Shown here: positions 48,304 to 63,263 of the stretch, piece by piece | Position numbering within the stretch: position 1 is the first letter of the stretch | How the letters are laid out: each line of letters starts with the position of its first letter | NCBI RefSeq assembly: GCF_006345805.1 | Contig: NC_043017.1 | Span: 9,672,001-9,736,000 of the forward strand | Length of the DNA stretch: 64,000 bases | Source: Octopus sinensis | Lineage: Eukaryota | Reading direction: 5' to 3' | The notes under the pieces: generated by a model | The model's database searches: none | Told to the model about the DNA's origin: nothing | The model's input: only the letters and a program-made list of their open reading frames with translations | Made by a program: the position numbers and the translations under genes

Positions 48304-51300
48304 TATAGAGAGCAGGATTAATATAGAATAGTTGTGGTATAGAAATAATGACTAATAAGATACTTATAAGATACTTTCATGCCCTATAAGATACTTAGGT
48401 ATGACTTTTTACATTCTGAGTTCAAATCCTGCCAGAGTGAACTCCAAGGTTTACAAATTATGTCCCAGGGGGTTAATGCAATTAATTTTGCCCCTATCTG
48501 TCTCATGTTCTCCCCAAATATGTGGCCATATGTCAATCTAAGAAACTTCTATTGTTAAAGATCCAATTTTCATTTTGTGCAATAGTTATCAGAGCCAACA
48601 ATCCCACAATTCTGGCAGGGTACCATTACACACACACACACATAAATTTTATTGGCGCCACTCCCTCCCTCTCTCTCTCTCAATTGAATGATATGTCAAA
48701 ATGTAAATATGAAGATGATCTGTGTCTATCTGTCTTGCTCTCTCTCTCTGTCCATCATATTACACACACACACACGCACACACAGAAAGGCAATTCTGGC
48801 AAGTGTTGTATATTAAAATTGAAACAGAAAATGTTGGAGGACGAAGGAAGGTTGAGAGGATGGGGGGGGGATGTTTGTCTAGTCCACCCGCCCACCCCCT
48901 TACATATGAGGAAGTGTAGGTTATAGAAATTGATGTTTGGCTCTAAAACTAGTTTGGCTCTGCAGTGGTGGTCGTGGTGGTGGAAGTGGTTGTAGTAGTA
49001 ATATGATAGTGTTAGGTTTGCAAGTGTTGGTGGTTACAGCAGTGGTGTTGGTCACAGTGGTGGTGATAGTGGTGGTTGTGGTTGCTATGATGGTGGTGAC
49101 AGTAGCAGCAGTTGCAATGATGCTGGTGGTAGCCATGGTGATTGGTGGCAATGATCATGCTAGAAACATTGATGGTGATTGTAGGGGCAATGCTATGACA
49201 AGAATAAGCATCACTGATGCTGATGTTACCAGTGATGAAGGCAATGATGCTGTTGATGATGATGATGACTAATATTGGTCAAAACAATGATAATGGTGAT
49301 GATGCCATTGATGGCAAGGATGATGATGATGATTGTGAAAGCATTGCTAAAATATACAGTAGTAGTTATAGAATGATGATAGAGGTGGTGGGGACGTAAG
49401 CATTGGTGAGAGATTGCCTGTGGCAGATGTAGTTTGATGATCTTTTCTGATCTAAGCACAAGGCCTGAAATTTGGGGAGAGGGGGCCGGTAGGTTAGATT
49501 GTTCCCAGTACGCAACTGGTACTTAATTTATCAACTCTGAAAGAATGAAAGGTAAAGTCAACCTTAGCAGAATTTGAACTCCGAATGTAAAGACAGACGA
49601 AATACCGTTAAGCATTTCGCCCGGCATGCTAATGTTTCTGCCAGCTCACTGCCTAAGTTTGATGATGGTGGTGTAATGGTGACAGTTTCATCTTTCTGTG
49701 AACACACAACCTGCTAGAAATAGCAGCCAACTGTCCTTCAAATTATGCCCTATAATCTTAAAAGTGCAAGGCCACATTAGATAATATAGTCCTAGGTATT
49801 TTATGTCACCAAACAGAAACAAAAAGATAGAATGGTTATGATGAGAATAAATCCCTTTGATCATATATGTTGGATCAGAGCTGATCTAGAGCTAAGCAAC
49901 AACTCAGAACCACACTTTTAGGGCATACAAAAAGAAAAGAAAACCCCCTTGAGGTGTATTAAGCAGCTTTAAGCACATGACCCCCTCCTGCAACCATTAC
50001 CAACCTTCACGGGATGCTACTCCGTCTCAAGGTTGAACCTGCTCCGCTCAGCACAAACTTTTGCCAGCTGCTGTATGTGTACATTTTGAGCCTGTTGGAT
50101 TGGATTAACATAAAATCAAGTGCCTTGCTCAAGGACACAATGTGTTGCCCAGCCTGAATACTACAGCCATGGTCTTATGATCATAAAGGAGTGGGGTTTG
50201 CTTAACCATTAGGCCATGGCGGTGCGTGGCTTAGTGGTTAGGGTATTGGAGTCGTGACTGTACGATTGTGGTTTTGATTCCTGGACCGAGCAATGCATTG
50301 TGTTCTTGAACAAGACACTTCATTTCATGTTACTCCAGTTCACTCAGCTGGCAACAGTGAGTAATCCTGCAATGGACCGGCATCCCATCCGGGTGGGGAA
50401 TTTATTTGCCATGGTAACCGGGAAACCGCCTCTTATGAGTCAACATGACTTGAGAAGGTAACTTTGCTGTTACTTAACCATTAGGCCATGCCCCATTATT
50501 TACATGGGTGCAGGCCTGGCTTTGTGGTGAAGAAGTTTCTTTCCCAACCACATGGTTTCGGTTTCAGCCCCACTGTGTGACGTCTTAGATAATTGTCTTT
50601 TACTATAGCCTTCAGCTGACCAAAGGTTTGTGAGTGGATTTCGTTTATAGAATCTGGAAAAAAGCCCATTGTGCCTCTTTGGGTTGACCCTGCATAAAAG
50701 GGGTAAATGATGTCGCTGTCATATACGCAGTCTCGTTCATTTCCAATGTTCTGGAAAAACATGAAGGAATAGTACTTTGCTTGGAAACAGGAAGGGCATC
50801 CAGCCAAATAATCAACTCCATCTGACCCATGCAAGCCTGGAAAAGTGGACATTACAAGGATGTTGATGATGAGAATTTCCATCGTCCTTTACAAAAGTAA
50901 TTCAGGCTCTGTTCTATTAGTATGGATCTGGTTAACAGTGAAGGACGAAGAACTTGTGTGCTTCAAGAATGTATGGAAGCAATTTGTAAATTGATATCTC
51001 ATCAACAAGTGCTAGATTAGCCTAATTAGTTGCTGTAATCAATGGCAAAGCTGACTTTCCTGTAAATAAGAAATGGAATTTCCTATTATTTAGGCTAGTA
51101 ATTAAGGAAAAACTCTCTCTCTCTCTCTCTCTATTACTGTGGTTATAACTTAATTACTGCTATTTAATACAACAACAATGAAATTATTGAGCTCTTTGTT
51201 GCTGAAGACTGGGTGTCTGGATGGTTCACAATTGTATTTCGATGAATGTGAGGATAAGATTGTGTGGTTGAGCAGAGTGAGACAACTGGCCACAGCTGTT

Positions 51301-51665
51301 TGCACACTGACAATTTGGCCTGGCTGATTGGACAGTCTGACCATTTTGGTGACGGTGCTTTTTAGGCACTGGAGGCCTGTGTGTGTGTGTGTGCATGCAC
51401 AGAAATACTCACAGATAAACTGAGAGAGAGAGATACATTACAATTTATTAATTGAATATGATTGACACAGGTACTTTCCCCTCTCCTCATCAGCATAAAT
51501 AGAAATATGGTCACACAGCGAGCGAGAGAGAAAATGGGAGAGGGCATTCCGCTGTGGAAAATCTGCCTTAACAAATTCTGTATGACCCATGCAGGCATGG
51601 AAAAGTGGATGTTAAATATCTTGTTTCAATCATTATTACCAGATGATTCGCACATAAAAAAAATT

Positions 51666-54085
51666 CAGTGACCCCTGACTGGCTCCTGTGCCAGTGGCAC
51701 GTCAAAAGCACCATCCAAACATGGTTGATGCCAGTGCCCTCTGACTGGCTCCTGTGCCAGTGGCACGTCAAAAGCACCATCCAAACATGGTTGATGCCAG
51801 TGCCCTCTGACTGGCTCCTGTGCCAGTGGCACGTCAAAAGCACCATCCAAACATGGTTGATGCCAGTGCCCTCTGACTGGCTCCTGTGCCAGTGGCACGT
51901 CAAAAGCACCATCCAACATGGTTGATGCCAGTGCCCTCTGACTGGCTCCTGTGCCAGTGGCACGTCAAAAGCACCATCCAACATGGTTGATGCCAGTGCC
52001 CTCTGACTGGCTCCTGTGCCAGTGGCACGTCAAAAGCACCATCCAAACATGGTTGATGCCAGTGCCCTCTGACTGGCTCCTGTGCCAGTGGCACGTCAAA
52101 AGCACCATCCAAACATGGTTGATGCCAGTGCCCTCTGACTGGCTCCTGTGCCAGTGGCACGTCAAAAGCACCATCCAAACACGGTTGATGCCAGTGCCCT
52201 CTGACTGACTCCTGTGCCAGTGGCACGTCAAAAGCACCATCCAAACATGGTTGATGCCAGTGCCCCCTGACTGGCTCCTGTGCCAGTGGCACGTCAAAAG
52301 CCATCCAAACATGGTTTATGCCAGTGCCCTCTGACTGGCTCCTGTGCCAGTGGTACGTCAAAAGCACCATCCAAACATGGTTGATGCCAGTGCCCTCTGA
52401 CTGGCTCCTGTGCCAGTGCACGTCAAAAGCACCATCCAAACATGGTTGATGCCAGTGCCCTCTGACTGGCTCCTGTGCCAGTGGCACGTCAAAAGCACCA
52501 TCCAAACACGGTTGATGCCAGTGCCCTCTGACTGGCTCCTGTGCCAGTGGCACGTCAAAAGCATCATCACCAAACACGGTTGATGCCAGTGCCCTCTGAC
52601 TGGCTCCTGTGCCAGTGGCACATCAAAAGCACCATCCAACATGGTTGATGCCAGTGCCCTCTGACTGGCTCCTGTGCCAGTGGCACGTCAAAAGCACCAT
52701 CCAAACATGGTTGATGCCAGTGCCTCTGACTGGCTCCTGTGCCAGTGGCACGTCAAAAGCACCATCCAAACATGGTTGATGCCAGTGCCCTCTGACTGGC
52801 TCCTGTGCCAGTGGCACGTCAAAAGCATCATCCAAACACGGTTGATGCCAGTGCCCTCTGACTGGCTCCTGTGCCAGTGGCACATCAAAAGCACCATCCA
52901 AACATGGTTGATGCCAGTGCCCTCTGACTGGCTCCTGTGTGCCAGTGGTACGTCAAAAGCACCATCCAAACATGGTTGATGCCAGTGCCCTCTGACTGGC
53001 TCCTGTGCCAGTGGCACGTCAAAAGCACCATCCAAACATGGTTGATGCCAGTGCCCTCTGACTGGCTCCTGTGCCAGTGGCACGTCAAAAGCACCATCCA
53101 ACATGGTTGATGCCAGTGCCCTCTGACTGGCTCCTGTGCCAGTGGCACGTCAAAAGCACCATCCAAACATGGTTGATGCCAGTGCCCTCTGACTGGCTCC
53201 TGTGCCAGTGGCACGTCAAAAGCACCATCCAAACATGGTTGATGCCAGTGCCCTCTGACTGGCTCCTGTGCCAGTGGCACGTCAAAAGCACCATCCAAAC
53301 ATGGTTGATGCCAGTGCCCTCTGACTGGCTCCTGTGCCAGTGGCACGTCAAAAGCACCATCCAAACATGGTTGATGCCAGTGCCCTCTGACTGGCTCCTG
53401 TGCCAGTGGTACGTCAAAAGCACCATCCAAACATGGTTGATGCCAGTGCCCTCTGACTGGCTCCTGTGCCAGTGGCACGTCAAAAGCACCATCCAAACAT
53501 GGTTGATGCCAGTGCCCTCTGACTGGCTCCTGTGCCAGTGGCACGTCAAAAGCACCATCCAAACATGGTTGATGCCAGTGCCCTCTGACTGGCTCCTGTG
53601 CCAGTGGCACGTCAAAAGCACCATCCAAACACGGTTGATGCCAGTGCCCTCTGACTGGCTCCTGTGCCAGTGGCACGTCAAAAGCATCATCCAAACACGG
53701 TTGATGCCAGTGCCCTCTGACTGGCTCCTGTGCCAGTGGCACATCAAAAGCACCATCCAAACATGGTTGATGCCAGTGCCCTCTGACTGGCTCCTGTCCA
53801 GTGCCGGCACGTCAAAAGCACCATCCAACATGGTTGATGCCAGTGCCCTCTGACTGGCTCCTGTGCCAGTGGCACGTCAAAAGCACCATCCAAACATGGT
53901 TGATGCCAGTGCCCTCTGACTGGCTCCTGTGCCAGTGGCACGTCAAAAGCATCATCCAAACACGGTTGATGCCAGTGCCCTCTGACTGGCTCCTGTGCCA
54001 GTGGCACGTCAAAAGCACCATCCAAACATGGTTGATGCCAGTGCCCTCTGACTGGCTCCTGTGCCAGTGGCATGTAAAAGGCACC
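51666..54085 (+). repeat. 66-bp tandem array, ~36-37 units, related to the family C 3'UTR VNTR
   Basis: Unit TGACTGGCTCCTGTGCCAGTGGCACGTCAAAAGCACCATCCAAACATGGTTGATGCCAGTGCCCTC; ends directly in an ATGATGATGATG tail; no spacers. Confidence 0.95.
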
Positions 54086-55636
54086 ATGATGATGATGTTC
54101 AAAATTTTAAAAGGAGAGAAAGTTTGGTAACCATGGCAAATTCACTTCCTGCTCCTGGGGTTTTTGTTTTTTTTCCTTTTTTCCTGCAAATGCTTTTGAG
54201 GTTGGGTGTTGGCTTCAGTCTGTGAGGTCACCAAAAGTCCCAGCCATCAATGCTACATAACAAACTGACAAAAATAAATAAATAACAAGCAAAAATAACT
54301 CGCATTAAATACATTTTAAAAAAACAATTGATTGCCCTCTCTGATAGGAATTGAACCTCTCATTACTTGCTAACTGGGTAAACACAACAACCAGTTTCTA
54401 TTAGTACATTACCATCCCCCCCACCTCTCTTTCAAATGATGTGCTCACTAATATAGCTGTCTAATGGAAAGCCAAATAGAGAGAGAGAGAGAGAGTCTAC
54501 ATGGTCATTTTGCTTGCTAGAAATAGCAGTCAAATGTCCCTCGAATCATATTTTACTGACAGCTGTTACATTAGATAATGATTGTCGTAGATACTGTATG
54601 GATTGAGTATGGGACAGCAACAGCAGAAACACTTTCAATCAGAGACTAAACAACACAATCTATTGGTTTACCTTCGTAGACAACAGGATATATTCTCACA
54701 CTCTCACTCGTGTGAGTGTGAGGTCAAACAAAAGAAAAAGGCATTCAACACATTATTTCGTAGGAGTTACATATATTATGATTTAAAACGATTTGATTTG
54801 GCTCCAAGCGACTTAGTTTTGTAGGCTTGTTCAGGCTCAGACTATCAGTCAGTAACCTGAGCCTGATTGAACTGGGTTTCTGTAAGGAACCTGTGAAACG
54901 TTAAGCCACATGGCACCAAATCAGACTGTTTTATATATATATATATATATTATATATATATATATATTCCTTTATTCTTTTACTTGTTTCAGTCATGTGA
55001 CTGTGGCCATGCTGGAGCACTGCCTTCAGTCGAACAAATTGACCCCAGTACTTTTTGTAAGCTTAGTACTTATTCTAATGGTCTCTTTTGCTGAACTGCT
55101 AAGTTACGGGTACATAAACAGACCAACATTGATTGTAAAGCAATGGTGGCAGGACAAACAGACATGATTACATATATGGGCTTCTTTTCAGTTTCTGTCT
55201 ACCAAATCCACTCGCAAGGCTTTGGTCGGCCTGAGGCTATAGTAGAAGACACTTGCCCAAGATGCCACACAGTCGAACTGAACCCAGAACCATGTGGTTG
55301 GGAAACAAGCTACTTACCACACAGCCACACCTGTGCCTATATATATATATATATATATATCCCAGTATACACAAATAAAGTAGTATTTAATGAAAGTAGC
55401 CATCCGTATATCACACTTAATGTATACATAATGGCGATAGGTCAGTTATGGCAGTATTTGGCCCTGGGGTAACCTCTCTTATGGACTTGCTGTATTAAAA
55501 ACAAAATGAGTATCAGAAAGAGAGAGATGAAAATTCATCCCAACAGCGGCCAGCAAGAGAGCCGGACTCATTTCGGCCCATTTGAGCCTCTTCAATGGTG
55601 TGTACTCGCAGCCAGTCACATGCTTTGATGAAAATC

Positions 55637-56085
55637 CATCATCATCATCATCATTTAGCGTTCGTTTTCCATGCTAGCATGGGTTGGACGGTTCAACTGG
55701 GGTCTGTGAAGCCGTATGGCTGCATCAGGCCCTGTCAGGTCTGGCAGTGTTTCTACGGCTGGATGCCCTTCCTAACGCCAACCACTCCGTGAGTGTAGTG
55801 GGTGCTTTTTACGTGCCACCCGCACAGGTGCCAGACGGAGCTGGCAAACAGCCACGAACGGATGGTGCTTTTACGTGCCAGGCAAGGCTAGCAACGGACA
55901 CGAGTGGATGGTGCTTTTACTTGCCACCGGCACGGGGGCCAGGCAAGGCTGGCAATGGACACCAACGGATGGTGCTTTTACGTGCCACCGGCACGGGGGC
56001 CAGGTGAGGCTGGCAACGGACACGAACGGATGGTGCTTTTACGTGCCACCGGCACGGGGCCAGGCGAGGCTGGCAACGGACCATC
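55637..56085 (-). mobile_element. Family C 3' end with ~5 divergent VNTR units
   Basis: (CAT)n start, standard body, repeated ggatggtgcttttacgtgccaccggcacgggg units. Confidence 0.85.
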
Positions 56086-56670
56086 ATCTCTGTTATTTTG
56101 AAAGGCAAACAAAACATTCATTGATGTTGCAAATAGCTTGCCTATCTGAAAGAAAAAAAATGTGGTATATGCAAGTAAAGTAGTCTTTAATTATAATAGC
56201 CATCTATGTATCATACTCAATGCATACACACTATCAATAGATCAGTTGCTGCAGGAATTATCCTGAGAGATCATCTCTTAATGGTTTGCTGTGAAGTAAA
56301 CTTCTATTTCTACATTTCTTTGCAATTTGCTCTTAAGTGTACAGATTTAAAAGAAAAAAAGAATTATTTTATTTTTTCTAGTTATTTATTATTCATGACA
56401 CCTAATCCAACAGTTTAGAGTTTTTGTGGCATGCTTCTGTGCATGTCTTTCGTAGATGATATTACAGTCTTGCTGTTTATTTTCTTACACAGTTCTTGTC
56501 ATGTATTCTATGCATATATATATATATACACACATACACCGCTATGTCTGTGTGTATATATGTATGAATATGGCTATGTTTGTGTCTGTATATATATATG
56601 TATATATGTGGCTGTTTGTGTGTTTATATATGTATATATATATATGTGACTGTTTGTGTGTTTATATATG

Positions 56671-56709
<39 letters not shown>

Positions 56710-56797
56710 CTATTTTTGTGTATATATATGGCTATATTTGTGTATGTATGTATGCACACACTCACATACACTATATATATACACCTATATTTGTATG

Positions 56798-56849
<52 letters not shown>

Positions 56850-57239
56850 TGGTTATGTTCGGTTGTGTGTGTAGATATATATATACGTATATTGACACTC
56901 TTACACGTGTGCATATATATTTATGCTTAATACAAGTATATATATATATATTTGTATATATTTGTATATCTAAGATATATGTGTGTATGTATATATATAT
57001 ATGTATACACATACATATACATATGATTCAAGTTACATAAAACTTTTCCATTTCAGCTTTTAATCAGCCAATGTGACTGAGGGGAAAATCGTCAGTGTCC
57101 TCATGCTTGCATGCACGTGCACATTCACTTGCACATAAATGCACATATATGCAAAACTGGTTTCCATGTCTTTCTGCCAGTGCAGCATTTCAGCACCGAT
57201 TACTTCTCTGTTGATTATTAGCATTTTATTGATATATGT

Positions 57240-57620
57240 ACCTCTCTTTCTCTTTCTTCCTCTTTCTCTCTTTCTGCCACTGTTGCTCACTCTCTCTCGC
57301 TTTTGCTCTCTCTGTCACTCCCTCACCTCCTCTGTCACTCCCTCTCCCCATCTATCACTCTCTCTCCCCCTCTGTCATTCTCTCTCCCCCTCTGTCACTC
57401 TCTCCCCTCTCTGTCACTCTCTCTCCCCCTCTGTCACTCTCTCTCCCCCTCTGTCATTCTCTCTCCCCCTCTGTCATTCTCCCCACCTCTGTCACTCTCT
57501 CTCTTTCCCCTCTGTCACTCTCTCTCTTTCCCCCCCTGTCACTCTCTCTTTCCCCTCTCACTCTTTCTCTCCCCATCTGTCACTCCTTCTCTCCCCATCT
57601 GTCACTCTCTCTCATTCTCT
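57240..57620 (+). repeat. CT-rich ~19-21-bp minisatellite (ctctgtcactctctccccc)
   Basis: Repeated degenerate units; source of Ser/Leu/Pro-rich ORFs. Confidence 0.85.
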
Positions 57621-60600
57621 TCCCCACCCCATCACCATCTTTTTATCTGTCTACCCACACATCCACAAACAAGTATATGTCACAGTGACAGATTCTCTTT
57701 CTCTCTCTCTCTCTCTACACACACACCTCTGTTTTTCTCTACTTGATGGTTGGAAGCATTTCATGTTAAGCATAAGAAAAACGGTTTTAAACTATGATTA
57801 AATGCTACAATTCCAGGCAGTGGATGACACAATGGCCTGCATGGCAAACCAAATGCCTTCCTCTTTTCAGTTATGTCCTTTTACTTTCAGAGTTCAAATC
57901 CTGCCAAAGTTGACTTCCCATCCTTTAAGTGCCCAACTGAATAAATACCAAGGGCTATAGGGATCAACTAGACTCTCCCTTGTTACTTAACCCTTTTAGC
58001 ATTCAAATTATTCTGTCAAATGCAATGCTTATGTAACCACATTGTTTTGAATTAATCATGCTTTATCTTGGAGCTTTGAGATTTCAATGATGTAACAGTT
58101 TATCTTTAGAATGACATTGTAAGGGAAGTGTGAGAGGCCAGATGTGAGCAGTGTGAACATAAAACACACAATATTTGGGCTAAATATGGCTGGTTTAACC
58201 CTTTGGCATTCAGATTTCTCTCTCAAATATAATTCTTATTTATTCACATTGTTTTAGATTAATCATGGATTATCTTGTAGCTTCACACTTCTGATGAAGT
58301 AGTTGTTTCACTTTTAGAATGACATTGTAGAGTAGGCACAAGAGGCCAGATCTGGTGAGTTTGGACATAAAACTGGTTGAATATTTTGGCCAGATGCTAA
58401 AGAGTTAAAGGACAAAGTGGTAAGGTTGTTAGATTATAGGACAAAATGCCTTGTGGTATTTATTTCAGCCATGCCCTTTGTGTTCAAATCCCACCCAGAT
58501 CAGTTATGTTTTTGTGTGTGAATGTGCAAGAATTCTTGTAATCCACACTTGTCTTCATCATTTGATGTGGCAATATTGACATTCCTTGTTGAATCTACAA
58601 CTGACTGCGCTTTCACAAGCCTGTGGAACAAAAAAAAACCCCTGCTTACCTTAAAAACAGGTAAGCGCTGGCAATGGAAAGAACTTCTGGCTATAAAAGG
58701 TCACCTCAAGCTGTTGCTTCTGGTACTACAAACGTGATTGGAATGTTGCTAGAAATGTTTGCAAGCCGAGCCAACTAGCAAGAGACTTATGGGTCAGATC
58801 AAGAATGAGGTGGTTGGATAATAGGCATCGTCTCAATTGGTCATTCTTGGGAATCCAGCTTGAATGCTTAGTGATGGTTGTTTCTGTTAGGACCCTATGA
58901 AGGAGGTGCCCAAGGACTCTGTCCCCATGAAACCTCCCAGGACTTGTGAGTGACAAAAATGGAGATATATATATATAAAAAAAAAAATTCAATGATGTAC
59001 CAGTCTCCGTATTCTTTGTAATTGTTTGAAATCTACACACCTGATAATATAATCCAGGGAAACGAACCTGGAATTATCCATCAAAAGAATTACAACTACT
59101 TTATGTGGTTAGCCATAACCTGGAACATACCTGGGAGCTATCACAGTACCCCCCAAGATAATTTATCCCTATATACTAACATATTAATATATATAACTGA
59201 AGGATTAAAATTAATCAAAGGACATACTAAGTATGTCTACCTGCTGGAAATAACAATCAAAACTCTTATTTAAATCATCAAAATACACTGATAATAACTA
59301 CAGAAATCAACCGTCCAAAGACAAATGGGCTAAGACAATCTCCCAGCATACATTCAAGTATTTGTACTCACATGGACTAGTTTCCGCACTGGCAAATAGC
59401 CTCAGCTTCCTCAGCACATGTTATCATGATAGAGACCCCCAACCCAACTGATTCGTTTTGCACCGAAATCAGCAGCCACCAGAACAAATAGAAAAAAAAC
59501 AAGGGAGGGGCATGTAATAGATATTGTATTACCTTAACACCAAAATGAAGGAAGGGAAATAGTCTTAATGTTTTGGACATTAGTCCTCTATCAAACAAAA
59601 AGAGAGAGAGAGCAAAAAAGAAAACAAAGACAGGTACAAGAGATTTATTATATATCTTGAGCTGGTATTGCATGGACTACATCCTGAAAAGTACTTTTTG
59701 GGGTTACAGTTTAGACGTGTGTGTGTGTGTGTGTATGCATATATTTATGCATAAACATATACACATGTGTAAGTGTGTACATACATAATGTATATATTTG
59801 TATTCAGTTTGCCTTACGTGACAAACTTAAGACACAACACACTTCAAACAAAAGCTGGTATTGTTTTGCATCACATAATAGTGTGTGTGTTTATTTCTTT
59901 ATCTTTCATCGCACCACTTTCATTCTATATCCTTTGCGTCTTTATGCTTTGAATATGTCTCGCATCTAATCCGCACTCAAACCTTTCAGCATTTTAATGG
60001 TGTCTAACACTATTTTAGAAGAGGTGTACGTCTGTCTGTCTCTTTGTATCTGTGTATGTTTGTGTGTGTGTGTGTGTGTGTCTCAATCACTTTTTATCTA
60101 TTTCACAATACTATTTACTTTGTGGCTGGTTATCCGTGTGAATGATTGCCGAGTGTTTCTCACCGTTGCAATAGTTTCAAGTGAAATAAAAAAAAATATT
60201 AAATAATAGAAGTCGACAATAGTAGGGGACATTTGTTCAGGGTGCCATGCAATAGGACTGAACCCAAAATCTGTGATTGCAAAGTGAGTTTTTTAACCAC
60301 ACAGTCATGGCTGTCTAAATCAGTGAGGTCTTGTTAATTAACTATTGTCCTTTATGGTCTCTGTCTTACTTTATAACTGGCTTATTTGTTTCAGTCATTG
60401 CTCTGTGGCCAAGCTGGAGCACTTTGCCTTCTTGGGAAAAGTACAGTTAATTATAAATGGACCTCTCCTCTCAATACTTATTTTATTGCTGCTTGTTTCA
60501 TTGACCTTGTAAGTTATCCTTGGGTACACATAGTCCAGTGGTTAGGGTGTTGCACTCAGGACTTCAAGATTGTGATCTCAAATCCTAGACTGGGTGGTAT

Positions 60601-62293
60601 GCTGTGTTCTTGAGCAAAACACTTCATTCCACATTGCTCCAATCCGCTCAGCTGTAAATGAGTTCCAGCAGTAGCTGGGAAAGTTAACCCTGTGATGGAC
60701 CAGCATCCCATCCAGGGGAAATGTAATCTCGATCGTTTACACACCATAGAAACCAAGTAACTTTCCCTATGAGTACTTGAGGCAAAGACTTGATTGGGAT
60801 TTGAACTCAGAATGAACCAGACTCAAAATCAAATGATTAAAGGTGTTCTATTTAGTGCTCCACCAATCCTCATACAATTCATAAGGTTTATGGCATGCTA
60901 CATAATTTTGTAATCATTTTGGGGGCAGAATATTGCTAGATTTACCCCCATTAGATGAGTGATCCCTAGAGCAGTGTTTTTTTTTTTTTGTTTTAAAGAA
61001 ACAAACCTCCTTTATGGTCCATCTGCTTGTTGCAGTCATTGGACTGTGGCCATTCTGGAGCACTGCTTTGTAGAAATTGACCCTGCTACTTATTTTAACA
61101 CTGGTACTCATCCTATTGGTCCCTTTTGCTGAACTGCTAACTTACAACGATGAAAACAAACCAACACTGATTCTCAGATGATGGGTGGAGAGCCATATAC
61201 AGACACACACACACACACACACGACTGGCTTCTCACAGTTTCCATCTCCCAAATTCACTCATAAGGCATTGGTTGGCCTCTTTACTCTTTTACTTGTTTC
61301 AGTCATTTGACTGCGGCCATGCTGGAGCACCGCCTTTAATCGAGCAACTCGACCCCGGGACTTATTCTTTGTAAGCCCAGTACTTATTCTATCGGTCTCT
61401 TTTGCCGAACCGCTAAGTGACGGGGCTATAGTTGAAAGCACTTGGTCAAGGTGTTGTGTAGTGGGACTGAACCTGATGCTACTTGATTGCAAAGCGAACT
61501 TTTTAACCGCACAGCCTGTTCACCTCTTTCTTAATTCGTCCCAATTACCCCTCCCCTGCTTATGATGAGAGAGAGAGGGAGAGAGAGAGAAAGAAATGCA
61601 GTTTCGTATACAACACAGTTTATTGCATAACATAAACAGCCTTATATTAATTTAACATTAGCGTTGTTAAAATCAATATTTCCAAAATAAATTCAGCCAA
61701 CACTGTGTGAATATTGATGGAGAAGTTTTCAACTTAAAATCCAATTTTCGTATTGGAATTCCTAAATTTTCTCTTGGAATTCTGAAATTCCTCCACCTCC
61801 CTTCTCCAGGTAAAGAATTGTGGCTTTAAGGAGAATGTGTAGGTATGAAGAAAAAATCGAAGGCATTTGCTATTTCAGCCTCTTACTGAAGAGAGACAGT
61901 GAAATGATGGTGATGAGGAGGAGAGGCAAACTAACAGAGTCAGCATAGATAAGCACAGGTGTGGCTGTGTGGTAAGAAGCTTGCTTCCCAACCGTGTGGT
62001 TTTAGGTTCAGTCCCACTGTGTGGCATCTAGGACAAGCGTCTTCTACTATAGAGCGTAACTGACCAGAGCCTTGTGAGTGGATTTGGTAAATAGAAACTG
62101 AAAGAAGCCCATTGTGTGTGAGAGATTGTAGTTTTGTGTTAGTCCCTTGCAGTTCAGCAAAAGAAACTGACAAAATAAGTACTTGGGTCAATTTATTCAA
62201 CTGAAACCCTTCAAGGCAGTGCCCCAGCATGGCCAGAGTTCAAGGACTGAAACAAACAAACAAAAAAAAACCCTAAAAGACAGCTCCAGTATA

Positions 62294-62703
62294 GGCGCAG
62301 GAGTGGCTGTGTGGTAAGTAGCTTGCTAACCAACCACATGGTTCCGGGTTCAGTCCCACTGCGTGGCACCTTGGGCAAGTGTCTTCTACTATATCCTCGA
62401 GCCGACCAAAGCCTTGTGAGTGGATTTGGTAGACGGAAACTGAAAGAAGCCCGTCGTGTATATGTATATATATATATGTGTGTGTGAGTTTGTGTGTCTG
62501 TGTTTGTCCCCCTAGCATTGCTTGACAACCGATGGTGGTGTGTTTACGTCCCCGTAACTTAGCGGTTCGGTAAAAGAGACTGATAGAATAAGTACTAGGC
62601 TTACAAAGAATAAGTCCTGTTGTCGATTTGCTCGACTAAAGGTGGTGCTCCAGCATGGCCGCAGTCAAATGACTGAAACAAGTAAAAGAGTAAAGAGTAA
62701 GAG
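62294..62703 (+). mobile_element. SINE family A, full length
   Basis: Near-identical to 32040-32442. Confidence 0.92.
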
Positions 62704-63209
62704 TATTCTTCATTATGTAAATCTGTAGACTCCTCTTTCACAGTAGTCGAACGAGCGCTAACAGAGTATTCTTTCTTTTGTAGCCCCTATTCTGTGTCGC
62801 CCCCTTATTCAACTCTCTTTCCCCTTTCTCCCTTGCAGTTCCCACTAATACCTTTGTATCCCTCCAAGAACACACCACCACTCTCTTACCTGCTGGTGAC
62901 CTTTTTAGTTCTTTAAGACTGTATAATCTCCAGATTCTGGTATTCAGATAATATTTTAATCTCACATATGTATGTATGCACATATATGTATGTATGCACG
63001 TGTGTGTGTGTGTGTGTGTATATATATCTAATATGTAAAATAGAGATTTGTGTGTATTTGCTTTTCACGTGACATACACATACATGTATGCACATATGTG
63101 TATGTATGTATATGTATGCACACACGTCTATACACATATGTATATACATACACACACTCTCATATATTGTTGCTCCTATAGATATAAATATGCATATGAA
63201 AACACACAA

Positions 63210-63263
<54 letters not shown>

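Noticed and set aside
51568-54130. Long ORFs of 84-291 aa on both strands
   Set aside because: A consequence of a 66-bp (22-codon) stop-poor repeat; frames are broken by 1-bp indels and there is no splice or start context.
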